From an uncultured delta proteobacterium (GTDB taxonomy: Bacteria; Myxococcota; Myxococcia; Myxococcales; Anaeromyxobacteraceae), in contig CAWHDZ010000032.1 of the NCBI GenBank assembly GCA_963828255.1, positions 1-25,252 of the forward strand: 25,252 nucleotides of DNA. Reading direction: 5' to 3'. The position numbers were made by a program, and so were the translations under genes. Positions 1-12,068 of the stretch are shown here, piece after piece (the first letter of the stretch is position 1; every line of letters starts with the position of its first letter). The notes under the pieces are model-generated. The model saw only the letters and a list, made by a program, of their open reading frames with translations. It did no database searches and was not told the DNA's origin.

Positions 1-202
1 TGCCGCCCTGGGCGTTGACGTGGGTCGCGTAGGCCTCCGAGGCCATCGCGATGGTTCCCCATGCGGCGGCCGGGCCGGAGAGCGGGCCGGTGATGCCGAT
101 GGTGATCTCGGTGTCGGTGACTCCGGGCACGGCGGCCGCGCGGGCCTCGCCGACGCCGAGGAGGAGGGAGAGGAATGCTGCCGAGAGGATCCGGAGCGCC
201 AT
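1..202 (-). CDS. ABC transporter substrate-binding protein, branched-chain amino acid/LivJ-like family (5' part; runs off the window)
   Basis: Not in the ORF track. Hand translation from ATG 202 gives MALRILSAAFLSLLLGVGEARAAAVPGVTDTEITIGITGPLSGPAAAWG..., i.e. a signal peptide followed by the GVTDTEIxIG...PLSGPAA motif typical of this family. GGAGG lies upstream of the ATG. Confidence 0.85.
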   Translation of the reverse strand, partial: MALRILSAAFLSLLLGVGEARAAAVPGVTDTEITIGITGPLSGPAAAWGTIAMASEAYATHVNAQGG

Positions 203-343
203 GGGCACCTCCACTGCTGTGGGTTCGAGTGTCACGCCGTCCGGGCGGGTGGGCGGCGAGCGGAGACCTTATAACTGCAAGACGTTCCGGAGCATTGCGC
301 ACTGCGTCGCGGCACGTCGTTCCGCGGTGCGGAATGACCTCGC

Positions 344-3713
<3,370 letters not shown>

Positions 3714-3717
<4 letters not shown>

Positions 3718-4487
3718 AAGGCGAAGCCCACCTGCCCCACCGCCGAGGTGGCGCCGAAGGGCGCCCACTCCACGAGGAGGTCGATGCCGAACGGCAGGCT
3801 GGCCGCCACGCCGAAGGCCACCTGCCAGTGGGCCACGTCGGTGCCGGTGACGGAGGCGCCGCCGAGCTGCCAGAAGACCGGACCGCCGAAGACCTTGGCG
3901 CCCACGTAGGGGGCGACGATCCCCGCGATGGACTTCCCCGCGCTCGCCGAGAGGCCGGCGTCGAGGGAGGTGAGCGGGGCCTTCACCCCGCCAGGCCCGG
4001 TGGTGTTCACGCCGGAGGCGGCCAGGCTGGCCGACAGAGCCACGAAGGGCCACGGACCGCTGCCGTCCAGCGCCATCCAGGTCGCGCCGAGTCGCACGAG
4101 CCACCCGGGGTCCATCACGTAGGTGGCCCCGCCGGCGTCGATGCTCCCCGAGATCACGGCGCCCGCGCCGGCGGTCACCGACCAGGCCCGATCGAGCTGC
4201 CGGGTGACCGACGCGGCCACGCTGCGCTGGACGAACGGGGCGCTGACGTCGCCGAAGCGCAGCTCCGATGCCAGCCAGCCGTAGGCGGCGGCCACCCGCC
4301 AGACCGGCGCGGGCGCAGTCGCGGTACCCGCCGGGTCGGCGCCGTCGTCGGCGTCGCACACCCTCCTCGCCATCGCCGTGGGACCCACGGGCGCGGAGAC
4401 GCCTCAGCCGAAGGCGTCGCGCGGGAAGGCGAGGGCCAGCGCGGCCACCCCGAGGAGGGCCGCGGTCCGTACCGGGGGGACGCGCAT
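3714..4487 (-). CDS. Predicted outer-membrane beta-barrel protein; probable selenoprotein (U28 directly after the signal peptide), 257 aa
   Basis: ATG 4487 sits 2 nt after the upstream gene's TAG. It reads MRVPPVRTAALLGVAALALAFPRDAFG-[TGA 4406-4404]-GVSAPVGPTAMARRVC..., in frame with ORF 3714..4388. The body has amphipathic beta-strand patterns and a C-terminal ...GQVGFAF resembling a BAM beta-signal. Confidence 0.75.
4374..4393 (-). promoter_or_regulatory. Candidate bacterial SECIS hairpin for TGA 4406-4404
   Basis: Minus strand reads TGA GGCGTCTCCG CG-C-CCGTGG GTC CCACGG CG: an 8-bp stem with one bulged C. Counting the U of UGA as +1, GGUC falls at +22..+25, the same positions as the G22-G23-U24-C25 loop of the E. 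coli fdhF SECIS. Confidence 0.7.
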
Positions 4488-4489
4488 CC

Positions 4490-5113
4490 CTACTTCACCA
4501 GGATCTGCGCCTTCACGAGGTCGGCCACCAGCTGCGCCGACAGCGACTGGGCGGCGCTCTGGGCGTCCTGGACGTTGAAGGTGTTGGACTGGCCGCTCCA
4601 CACCAGCGACTCGGGGAGGGCGTGGGTGGAGTAGACGTTGGTCTCGGCGAGCACGTTGGTCTGCTCGGTGATGTAGCCCGGGGAGTAGACCGCGCCGTAG
4701 CCGTAGCCGTACGCGCCGTAGTAGCCGCCGTAATAGGGCGCGGCCGGCACGTAGGTCATGCTGGGCGGCACGTACTCCTCGGTGGTCTTCTTGGTGAGCC
4801 GCTGCACGATGACCAGGTCGACCTTGTTCTCGGCCACGTACTGCTTCACCTTCTCCTTGTCGAGCTGGCCAGGCGGGAAGACGCTGGCCGAGGTGGAGGC
4901 CTGGAAGCCCTTGTTGATCAGCGCCTGGGCGAGGCCGTTCTCGAACTGGACCCGGTACATGTCGTTCGGCATCACCCCGATGATGAAGATGCGGCTCACC
5001 GGCTGCGCCCGGTAGTTGGGATCGCGCCAGGTCTGGACCAGGTTGGTGGTGGTGCAGGAGGAGATCACCAGGACGGCCAGGGCGGGAACGATGGCGCGGA
5101 GCAACGTCTTCAT
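4490..5113 (-). CDS. Lipoprotein, DUF4136-like (207 aa)
   Basis: MKTLLRAIVPALAVLVISS-C lipobox, Tyr/Gly-rich segment, and the C-terminal LVWSGQSNTF pattern. Codon usage matches the neighbouring genes. The family call is from memory. Confidence 0.8.
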   Translation of the reverse strand: MKTLLRAIVPALAVLVISSCTTTNLVQTWRDPNYRAQPVSRIFIIGVMPNDMYRVQFENGLAQALINKGFQASTSASVFPPGQLDKEKVKQYVAENKVDLVIVQRLTKKTTEEYVPPSMTYVPAAPYYGGYYGAYGYGYGAVYSPGYITEQTNVLAETNVYSTHALPESLVWSGQSNTFNVQDAQSAAQSLSAQLVADLVKAQILVK

Positions 5114-5211
5114 GTGAGACCCTTTCTGGAAACCGCCGGGGGGACCCGAGGGGCAAGGCGTTCCATCGAATCCTAACCGAGGGAGCAGCCCGGACACCGG
5201 GAAAGTTGGAG

Positions 5212-6338
5212 CTACGGGACGCGGCAGCGGACCAGGTTCACCTCGAGCGGTCCGTTCCAGAGCCGGTGGGTCCATTCGGGACGCATTCCGAGATTTCGCT
5301 CCAGCAGCGGGTTGCCGGAGAGCACGAGGACGCTCCACCCGTGGAAGCGCTGGAAGGCCTCGGCGAGCCCCCGGTAGAACCCGGCCAGTTGCAGGGGCTG
5401 GCCGCCGATCCGCTCCCCGTAGGGGGGGTTGGTGCAGATGGTGCCGCCCTCGCCGAAGGGCTCCACGGTGCGGGCCTCGGCGAGCAGGACCTCGATGTCC
5501 GCCTCGACCCCCGCCGCCCGCGCGTTCCGCCGGGCCGCGTCGAGCGCCTCCTCGTCGCGGTCGCTGGCGCGGATGGGGGCCGGGGCGCGGGGAGGATCGC
5601 GCCCCTCGCCTCCTCCTTCATGCGGTCCCAGGACGACTGCCACTCCCCCCGGTAGCGCGGCCAGCGCTGGAAGCCGAAGACGCGTCCCAGCCCCGGCGCG
5701 ATCCGGCGTGCCGAGAGCGCCTGCTCGATCGGGAGCGTCCCCGAGCCGCAGAGCGGGTCGAGGAAGGGGCGGTCGGCCGCCACCTCGCCGAGCGCCAGCA
5801 TGGAGGCGGCCAGCGTCTCCTTGAGCGGAGCCTCGGTCACCGTGTTCCGCCAGCCGCGCCGGTAGAGGGGGGCGCCGGAGAGGTCGAGGGAGAGCTCGGC
5901 CTGCCCGCGCGAGAGGTGGAGCACGATGCGGACGTCGGGGTCGCGGGTGTCCACGTCGGGGCGACCGCCCAGCGCGTCGCGCAGCGAGTCCACGATGCCG
6001 TCCTTCACCTTGAGCGCAACGAAGCCGGTGTGGTGCAGCCCCGGGGCGGTCCCGGTGGCGTCGACCGCCAGGGTGGTCTTCACGTTCAGCCACTCGGTCC
6101 AGTCGACGGTGCGGACGCCGTCGTAGAGCGCCTTGGCGTCGGGGCAGGGGAAGGAGGCGAGCGGTGCGAGCACCCGCATGGCGGTGCGGGACCAGAGGCA
6201 GGCCCGCATGCCGGCCTCCATGCGCCCCTCGAAGGTGACCGCGCCGCGGGACCCCCTCAGGTGCTTCATCCCCAGCGAGGCGAGCTCCCCGCGCACCGCG
6301 CCCTCGGTGCCCCGGGCGCAGGTGGCGACGAGCTTCAC
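5212..6338 (-). CDS. THUMP-domain class I SAM-dependent RNA methyltransferase (RlmL N-terminal/YpsC-like), with one frameshift near 5590
   Basis: GTG 6338 overlaps the upstream TGA. Motifs: LDLSGAPLYRRGWR, APLKETLAA, DPLCGSGT, and TNPPYGERI in the second frame. Adding one base to the G4 run at 5589-5592 restores ...AILPRAPAPIRASD..., so this is probably a sequencing error. Confidence 0.85.
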
Positions 6339-7279
6339 GTACCGGACTCCGTCGCGTCCCACGACCCGGCCTGCCAGCGGTCCTTGCCGGATCGCTTGGC
6401 CTTGTACATGAGCTCGTCGGCGCGGAGGATCATCTCGTCCACCGAGGCCGGAGGACGGAGGAAGGTGGCCACCCCGATGCTGAAGGTCACCGCGTCCGCC
6501 CTCCCGGCCAGGGCCTCGCGGAGCTGGACCCGGAGCCGGTCGGCCAGCGCGACGGCGCCGGCGCGGTCCACCTCGGGGAGGAGCACGCCGAACTCGTCGC
6601 CGCCCAGCCGGGCCACCGTGTCGAGTCCGCGCACCGCCTGCCGGAGCGTGACCCCCACGGCCGAGAGCACGGCGTCCCCGGCCACGTGCCCGAGCCGGTC
6701 GTTGACCAGCTTGAAGTCGTCGCAGTCGATGTAGAGCAGCGAGAGCGGCCGGCCGTGCCGGCGGCCGCGCTCCAGCTCCAGCCAGGCGGCCTCGACGAAG
6801 GCGCGCCGGTTGGAGAGGGAGGTGAGCGGGTCGGTGCGGGCCGCCTGCTGCTCGTGCATGAGCCGCTTCTTGAAGGCGTCGAGCACCACGGCGAGGAGCA
6901 GGAAGACCCCGAGCTGCTGGGCGGCGTTCCAGGTCAGCACCGGCAGCGCCAGCTGCTCCCCGGAGAGGCGGGAGCTCTCGACCCCGCAGACCGCGGCGAG
7001 CAGCGCGAGCCCGATGCCCGGGCCCAGGCCGGCGAAGAAGGTCCCGAAGCCGACGGGGCCGAGGTAGAGGAGCGTCACGTCCACGCCTTGGCCGGTGTAG
7101 ACGTCGGCGGCGGCCACCGAGACCACGGCGGCGGCGGCCATCGCGGTGGTGGCTGCCGGAGTGAACCCCTGGGTCCAGGGTTTCAGGTCACGACGGATCC
7201 CGGGGGCGGGTGTCGTCACCCCGCCCTGCGCGTCGCCACGCGCGCCGTTTTCCCCGAGTTTCGTGACTGCCCCCTCCAT
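6335..7279 (-). CDS. Membrane-anchored diguanylate cyclase (GGDEF); start uncertain
   Basis: About four hydrophobic segments, then DPLTSLSNRR, DCDDFKLVNDRLGH, the RGLD I-site and RLGGDEF. This is the C-terminal part of the 960-aa track ORF; the rest of that ORF is antisense to phoBR. Confidence 0.85.
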   Translation of the reverse strand: MEGAVTKLGENGARGDAQGGVTTPAPGIRRDLKPWTQGFTPAATTAMAAAAVVSVAAADVYTGQGVDVTLLYLGPVGFGTFFAGLGPGIGLALLAAVCGVESSRLSGEQLALPVLTWNAAQQLGVFLLLAVVLDAFKKRLMHEQQAARTDPLTSLSNRRAFVEAAWLELERGRRHGRPLSLLYIDCDDFKLVNDRLGHVAGDAVLSAVGVTLRQAVRGLDTVARLGGDEFGVLLPEVDRAGAVALADRLRVQLREALAGRADAVTFSIGVATFLRPPASVDEMILRADELMYKAKRSGKDRWQAGSWDATESGT

Positions 7280-7403
7280 CGCGCGACCCCGTGCCGGTTC
7301 CGAGGGCACCATGCTAGCCCCAAACCCCAAAACCGGGGACAAGATGCCAACCACCTGGAATGAGAAGCACCTTTCCTGACACCCCGGATGGGTGTCCAGA
7401 GGC

Positions 7404-7441
7404 GTCACCCGAATGTCCCGGGGCCGACGCGGGATCGTCAC
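7404..7441 (+). promoter_or_regulatory. PHO-box-like repeats upstream of phoB
   Basis: GTCAC 7404, GTCCC 7415, GACGC 7426 and GTCAC 7437 fall on an 11-bp period; two copies are degenerate. Confidence 0.5.
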
Positions 7442-7465
7442 GTAGCCGCGGGTTAAGAGGGAACC

Positions 7466-8158
7466 GTGCCAAACGTACTCGTGGTCGACGACGAGCGAGA
7501 CCTCGTCAGCCTGCTCGACTTCAACCTCCGCCAGTCCGGATTCGAGACCACGCTCGCCTACGCCGGGGAGGAGGCCCTCACCGCGGCCCGCCGCCGGCCG
7601 CCCGACCTGGTGCTCCTCGACCTCATGCTCCCCGACATGTCGGGCACCGAGGTGTGCCGCCAGCTCAAGTCCGACCCGCGCACACGCGCCGTTCCGGTCA
7701 TCGTGCTCACCGCCCGCGGGGAGGAGCTCGACCGGGTGGTGGGGTTCGAGCTGGGCGCCGACGACTACGTGGTGAAGCCCTTCAGCGTGCGCGAGCTTGT
7801 ACTCCGGGTGAAGGCAGTCCTGCGGCGCGCCGGGCAGCAGCGGAGCGACAAGCCGGTCACCGAGGTGGGACCCGTCCGCATCGACGTGGACGCGCACCGG
7901 GCCTGGGTTCGCGGTGAGGCCCTCGACCTCACCCCGCTCGAGTTCAAGCTGCTCTCCACCCTGGTCACCCGGGCCGGCCGCGTCCAGTCGCGGGAACGGT
8001 TGCTCGCCGACGTGTGGGAGATGTCGAGCGAGCTCGAGACCCGGACGGTGGACACCCACGTGAAGCGGCTGCGCGAGAAGCTGGGGCCGGCCCGCGACCT
8101 GCTCGAGACGGTCCGCGGCGTGGGATACCGGCTGCTCGACCCGGCCGACGGGGAGTGA
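7466..8158 (+). CDS. phoB: OmpR/PhoB-family response regulator
   Basis: Receiver domain (VVDDE, LLDLMLPD, GADDYVVKPFS) and winged helix (RTVDTHVKRLREKL, ETVRGVGY), upstream of the pst genes. Confidence 0.9.
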   Translation: MPNVLVVDDERDLVSLLDFNLRQSGFETTLAYAGEEALTAARRRPPDLVLLDLMLPDMSGTEVCRQLKSDPRTRAVPVIVLTARGEELDRVVGFELGADDYVVKPFSVRELVLRVKAVLRRAGQQRSDKPVTEVGPVRIDVDAHRAWVRGEALDLTPLEFKLLSTLVTRAGRVQSRERLLADVWEMSSELETRTVDTHVKRLREKLGPARDLLETVRGVGYRLLDPADGE

Positions 8159-8161
8159 GCG

Positions 8162-9337
8162 GTGTCGGTCTTTCGCGATCCCGTGCAGGCGGCCATCCGC
8201 GCCCTCGAGGCGGAGCTGGGCGGCGGGCCCCGCGCCGACCTCCCTCCCGGCGTGGACCGGCTCGCTTCCCTCCTCCTGCAGCGCGAGGAGCGGCTCCGCG
8301 CCATCGAGAAGGCCCAGCCGGAACGCGAACTGCTCGCGGCCATGCCCGACGCGGCTGGCCTGATCGCCGCCAACGGAAAGGTCCGCGCCTCCAACGGGGC
8401 GCTCGACGGGCTGGCGCCGGGGGGGCGCGCCATCGGGCTCACACTCCTCGAGATCACCCGCCAGGCCGAGCTGGCCGACGCAGCCCAGCGCGCGCTGGAG
8501 GGCACGCCCAAGCGGCTCGAGATCAAGCTCGGTGCACGAACCTGGATCGCCAACGTGACGCCGCTCCTGCGGGGCGAGGTGCTGGCGCTGCTCCGGGACG
8601 TGACCGAGGCCCGCATGGCCGAGTCCACCCGGCGTGACTTCGTCGCCAACGCCAGCCACGAGCTGCGAACGCCCGTCTCGGCCATCGCCGGCGCCGCCGA
8701 GACCCTCCTCTCCGGCGCCATGGACGACCCGGCCCAGGCCCGCTCCTTCGTGGAGATGATCGCCCGCAACGCCGAGCGGCTGGCCCGGCTCACCAACGAC
8801 CTGCTCGACCTCTCGCGCATCGAGTCGCGCCAGTGGCCGGTGAAGCTCGAGCCGGTGTCGGTGGGAGGGACGGCGCAGCGCGCGGTGGAGGTCTGCTCCG
8901 AGCCGGCCCGCCGCAAGCGCATCGAGCTCCGCGTCGATGTACCGGAGGGCACCGCGGTGCTCGCCGACGCCCGCGCCCTCGAGCAGGTACTGGTGAACCT
9001 GCTCGACAACGCGGTGAAGTACACACCCGACGGAGGCAGGGCCACGGTGACGGCATCCGTCGTCGCCGGCGACCGGATCGAGGTGGTGGTCGCCGACACC
9101 GGTCCGGGCATCGAGCGCCACCACCTCCCTCGACTGTTCGAGCGCTTCTACCGGGTCGATCCGGGCCGCTCCCGCGGGGCGGGCGGGACCGGCCTGGGGC
9201 TCGCCATCGTGAAGCACCTCGTGCAGATGCAGGCGGGCGACATCGGCGTGGACACCGGCTCGGGGGGGACCTTCTTCCGCGTGCGCCTTCCGCGCGCAGT
9301 GGCCCCCGCTGCGCCTGCTGCTCCTGCGCCTCCCTGA
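8162..9337 (+). CDS. phoR: PAS-domain histidine kinase, PhoR-like, with no evident transmembrane segment
   Basis: RRDFVANASHELRTP H-box, NLLDNAVKYT, DTGPGI, RLFERFYRVD and GGTGLGLAIVKH; lies 3 nt after phoB. Confidence 0.88.
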   Translation: MSVFRDPVQAAIRALEAELGGGPRADLPPGVDRLASLLLQREERLRAIEKAQPERELLAAMPDAAGLIAANGKVRASNGALDGLAPGGRAIGLTLLEITRQAELADAAQRALEGTPKRLEIKLGARTWIANVTPLLRGEVLALLRDVTEARMAESTRRDFVANASHELRTPVSAIAGAAETLLSGAMDDPAQARSFVEMIARNAERLARLTNDLLDLSRIESRQWPVKLEPVSVGGTAQRAVEVCSEPARRKRIELRVDVPEGTAVLADARALEQVLVNLLDNAVKYTPDGGRATVTASVVAGDRIEVVVADTGPGIERHHLPRLFERFYRVDPGRSRGAGGTGLGLAIVKHLVQMQAGDIGVDTGSGGTFFRVRLPRAVAPAAPAAPAPP

Positions 9338-9351
9338 TTCGGCTCCATCCC

Positions 9352-9367
9352 GTCACCGAGGCTTCAC
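9352..9367 (+). promoter_or_regulatory. PHO-box-like direct repeat upstream of the porin gene
   Basis: GTCAC at 9352 and TTCAC at 9363, 11 bp apart. Confidence 0.55.
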
Positions 9368-9455
9368 GGTGGATGCGGTCCGGACGTCGTAGATCCCTGC
9401 CGCCTCCTGCCGAGGCACCCGGGCGACCCCCGCCCGCCATGAGGGAGCCATACAG

Positions 9456-10784
9456 ATGAGAAGGATTTCCGTCCTCGGAGCCGCGGCGCTGCTCGCCCTG
9501 CTCCCCGCAGCAACCCACGCCCAGTCCGCGACCTCCGCCGACGTGGTGGTCCGGGAGAGCACCACCGTCGTCGTGAAGGAGGCGCCGAAGCCGTCGCCGA
9601 TCACCTTCACCCCGTACGGCTTCTTCGTCCTGAACACCTTCTTCAACGACTCCATCGGGAATCGCAACTACCCGTTCCCCGCCGCCTGCACCGGCGGCGC
9701 CTCCTGCGAGGGCAACGTCCTCTTCGACGTCCGCCAGTCCCGGCTCGGCTCCCGCCTCTCCTTCGACGACAGGGCCGGCTGGACCCACGCCAAGCTGTCG
9801 GCACTCGTCGAGATCGATTTCGGGGGCGGCTACACCAGCACCGCGGCCAACTCGGTCGCCTTCTACAGCCCGGTCGTCCGCCTGAGGAAGGCCTACACCG
9901 ACGCCAACTGGGGCAGCTTCACGCTTCGCATCGGACAGGACGACCACCTGGTCTCGCTGCTCCGCCCGGTCTCCGTGGCCTACATCGCGAATCCCCTCTT
10001 CCAGTTCGCCGGCACGCTGAACGGCCGGGCCCCGATGGTCGAGGCCCGTTTCGACGTCAACCCCAAGGACGGCCTCGCGTTCAACGCGCAGGCCGCCGCG
10101 CTGAATCCCCAGGACAACGCTGCTGGCGACGCCACCATCTCGCCCTCCGCCGCCGTCGACCTCGGCGCGGGCAACCGCTCGCGCTTGCCGGCCTTCGAGG
10201 GGCGCGTGGCCGTGGCCTACAAGACCGGTGGGAAGAAGATGCTCGAGCTCGCCGGCTGGGCCGGCTGGCAGAAGAACCGCTTCGTCAGCCCCGCCACCAA
10301 CACCAACGTCGACGTGAACTCCTACATCTTCGGCGGCGACATGGTCCTCAACATCTGGATGGTCAACGTCCTCGGCTCCATCTACAGCGCCAAGGGCTGG
10401 GACCAGCCGGGCTCGCTCGGCAACAGCCAGGGCGTCGCCCTCTCCGCCACCCGCCCCACCCCGACCTCCCCCTGGACCATCACCAGCGCCAACGCCGTCC
10501 CCGCGCTCGGCGGCTGGTTCCAGGTCCTCGTCGGCCCGGACGACCTCGTGAAGGCCTACGGCGGCTGGGGCGGAACCCAGAGCCCGTTCAACGCCTACGA
10601 GGGCAGCCTCCTCGCCGTGAACGGCACCCGCGTCCAGAACTTCACCTGGGCCGCCGGCATCATCGGCTACGCCGGCAAGAACTGGCGCATGTCGGCGGAG
10701 TACGCCAGGTCCACCAGCTTCTTCTACACGGGGAGAAACTACTCCCAGGGTCAGTTCTCCCTCAACTCCCAGCTGGTCTTCTAG
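9456..10784 (+). CDS. Outer-membrane porin, DcaP-like (442 aa)
   Basis: Signal peptide ending ATHA; YGF, RQSRLG, EIDF, RLRKAY and IGQ motifs recalled from DcaP-type porins; C-terminal SQLVF; GAGGGAG ribosome site. Confidence 0.75.
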   Translation: MRRISVLGAAALLALLPAATHAQSATSADVVVRESTTVVVKEAPKPSPITFTPYGFFVLNTFFNDSIGNRNYPFPAACTGGASCEGNVLFDVRQSRLGSRLSFDDRAGWTHAKLSALVEIDFGGGYTSTAANSVAFYSPVVRLRKAYTDANWGSFTLRIGQDDHLVSLLRPVSVAYIANPLFQFAGTLNGRAPMVEARFDVNPKDGLAFNAQAAALNPQDNAAGDATISPSAAVDLGAGNRSRLPAFEGRVAVAYKTGGKKMLELAGWAGWQKNRFVSPATNTNVDVNSYIFGGDMVLNIWMVNVLGSIYSAKGWDQPGSLGNSQGVALSATRPTPTSPWTITSANAVPALGGWFQVLVGPDDLVKAYGGWGGTQSPFNAYEGSLLAVNGTRVQNFTWAAGIIGYAGKNWRMSAEYARSTSFFYTGRNYSQGQFSLNSQLVF

Positions 10785-10970
10785 GCGGCGGCAGCACGGG
10801 GTCCCTGCGGCCGGCCGCCGCCCGCCTTGACGGCGCGTCGGCCGCGGGACTCCACCTTGGGTCCTCGAAATCGGCCCCCGCGTCCCGGGCGGGACGGAGT
10901 GCGCCAGCGCCGAGTCCGGGAACCCATCGACATCGCTCACGGTTCTCGACCGGCGATCCGGCCGGAAGTC

Positions 10971-10997
10971 TTCACGGGTCCGTCACCGGACCGTCAC
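10971..10997 (+). promoter_or_regulatory. PHO box (three repeats) of the pstS promoter
   Basis: TTCAC 10971, GTCAC 10982 and GTCAC 10993 at exact 11-bp spacing, followed by a TAGACC -10-like element and an AAAGGAG ribosome site. Confidence 0.8.
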
Positions 10998-11036
10998 ACA
11001 TCTTCGTTAGACCTCACCTGAAAAGGAGCCGTTCCC

Positions 11037-12068
11037 ATGAAGAAGCTCGCACTGGCCGCCATGCTCACCCTCGCAAGCGGCAACGCCCTCGCAGCCGATC
11101 CCGTCCTGATCACCGGCGCCGGCGCCACGTTCCCCAACCCGCTCTACTCGAAGTGGTTCTCGGATTACAACAAGCTCCACCCCGACATCCGCTTCAACTA
11201 TCAGTCCATCGGCTCGGGCGGCGGCATCCAGCAGTTCACCGCCGGCACAGTGGACTTCGGCGCCACCGACGCCCCGATGAACGAGGCCGAGCAGGCCAAG
11301 GCCGCCGACGCGGTGCACATCCCCACCGTGCTCGGCGCGGTGGTCGTGACCTACAACGCGCCGGTGCAGGGGCTCCGCCTCACCCCCGCCGTCCTCGCCG
11401 ACATCTTCCTGGGCAAGATCACGAAGTGGAACGACCCGAAGGTCGCCGCCCTGAACCCCGGTACGACGCTGCCCGACGCCCCCTTCGCAGTGGTCCGCCG
11501 CTCCGACGGGTCGGGCACGACCTACGTCTTCACCGACTACCTCTCCAAGGTCTCCCCGGAGTGGAAGCAGAAGGCCGGCACGGGAAAGAGCGTCTCCTGG
11601 CCCGTGGGGCTCGGCGGCAAGGGCAACGAGGGCGTCACCGGCCTCGTCAAGCAGACCCCCGGCTCCATCGGCTACGTCGAGCTCGCCTACGCGAACCAGA
11701 ACAAGCTCCCCACCGCACTCCTCCAGAACAAGGACGGGAACTTCGTGGCCCCGTCCATCGCGGCCACCTCGGCCGCCGCCGCCGGAGTCGCCATCCCCGC
11801 GGACTACAAGGTCTCGGTGACCAACGCCTCCGGCAAGGATGCCTGGCCCATCGCCTCCTTCACCTACCTGCTCGTCCGGACGGACTCCAAGGACAAGGTC
11901 AAGGGTGAGCAGCTCGTGAAGTTCCTCTGGTGGGCGATCCACGAGGGGCAGGCCACGGCCGCTCCCCTCGAGTACGCGCCCCTCCCCGGCCCCGTCGTGA
12001 AGATGCTCGAGAAGACCATCCAGGACCTCAAGGTCCAGGGCAAGCCGGTCCCCGTTGCCGGAAAGTAG
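11037..12068 (+). CDS. pstS: Phosphate ABC transporter substrate-binding protein
   Basis: GAGATFP, YQSIGSGGG, VDFGATD, RSDGSGTT, GKGNEGV and IGYVE motifs; signal peptide. Confidence 0.97.
   Translation: MKKLALAAMLTLASGNALAADPVLITGAGATFPNPLYSKWFSDYNKLHPDIRFNYQSIGSGGGIQQFTAGTVDFGATDAPMNEAEQAKAADAVHIPTVLGAVVVTYNAPVQGLRLTPAVLADIFLGKITKWNDPKVAALNPGTTLPDAPFAVVRRSDGSGTTYVFTDYLSKVSPEWKQKAGTGKSVSWPVGLGGKGNEGVTGLVKQTPGSIGYVELAYANQNKLPTALLQNKDGNFVAPSIAATSAAAAGVAIPADYKVSVTNASGKDAWPIASFTYLLVRTDSKDKVKGEQLVKFLWWAIHEGQATAAPLEYAPLPGPVVKMLEKTIQDLKVQGKPVPVAGK

Noticed and set aside
4404..4415. U28 as the lipidated residue of a lipoprotein
   Set aside because: A-F-G-U is a poor lipobox, charged PRD separates it from the hydrophobic region, and the C-terminus looks like an integral barrel. 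SPI cleavage is more likely, though not proven.
4680..4760. GCCGTA-type short repeats
   Set aside because: They simply encode the Tyr/Gly-rich stretch of the lipoprotein.
6335..9217. A 960-aa GGDEF fusion protein
   Set aside because: Only the last ~315 codons look real; the remainder is antisense to phoB and phoR.
10784..10822. GGCGGCGGC/GCCGCCGCC hairpin after the porin as an intrinsic terminator
   Set aside because: There is no U-tract, and such pairings are common at this GC content.
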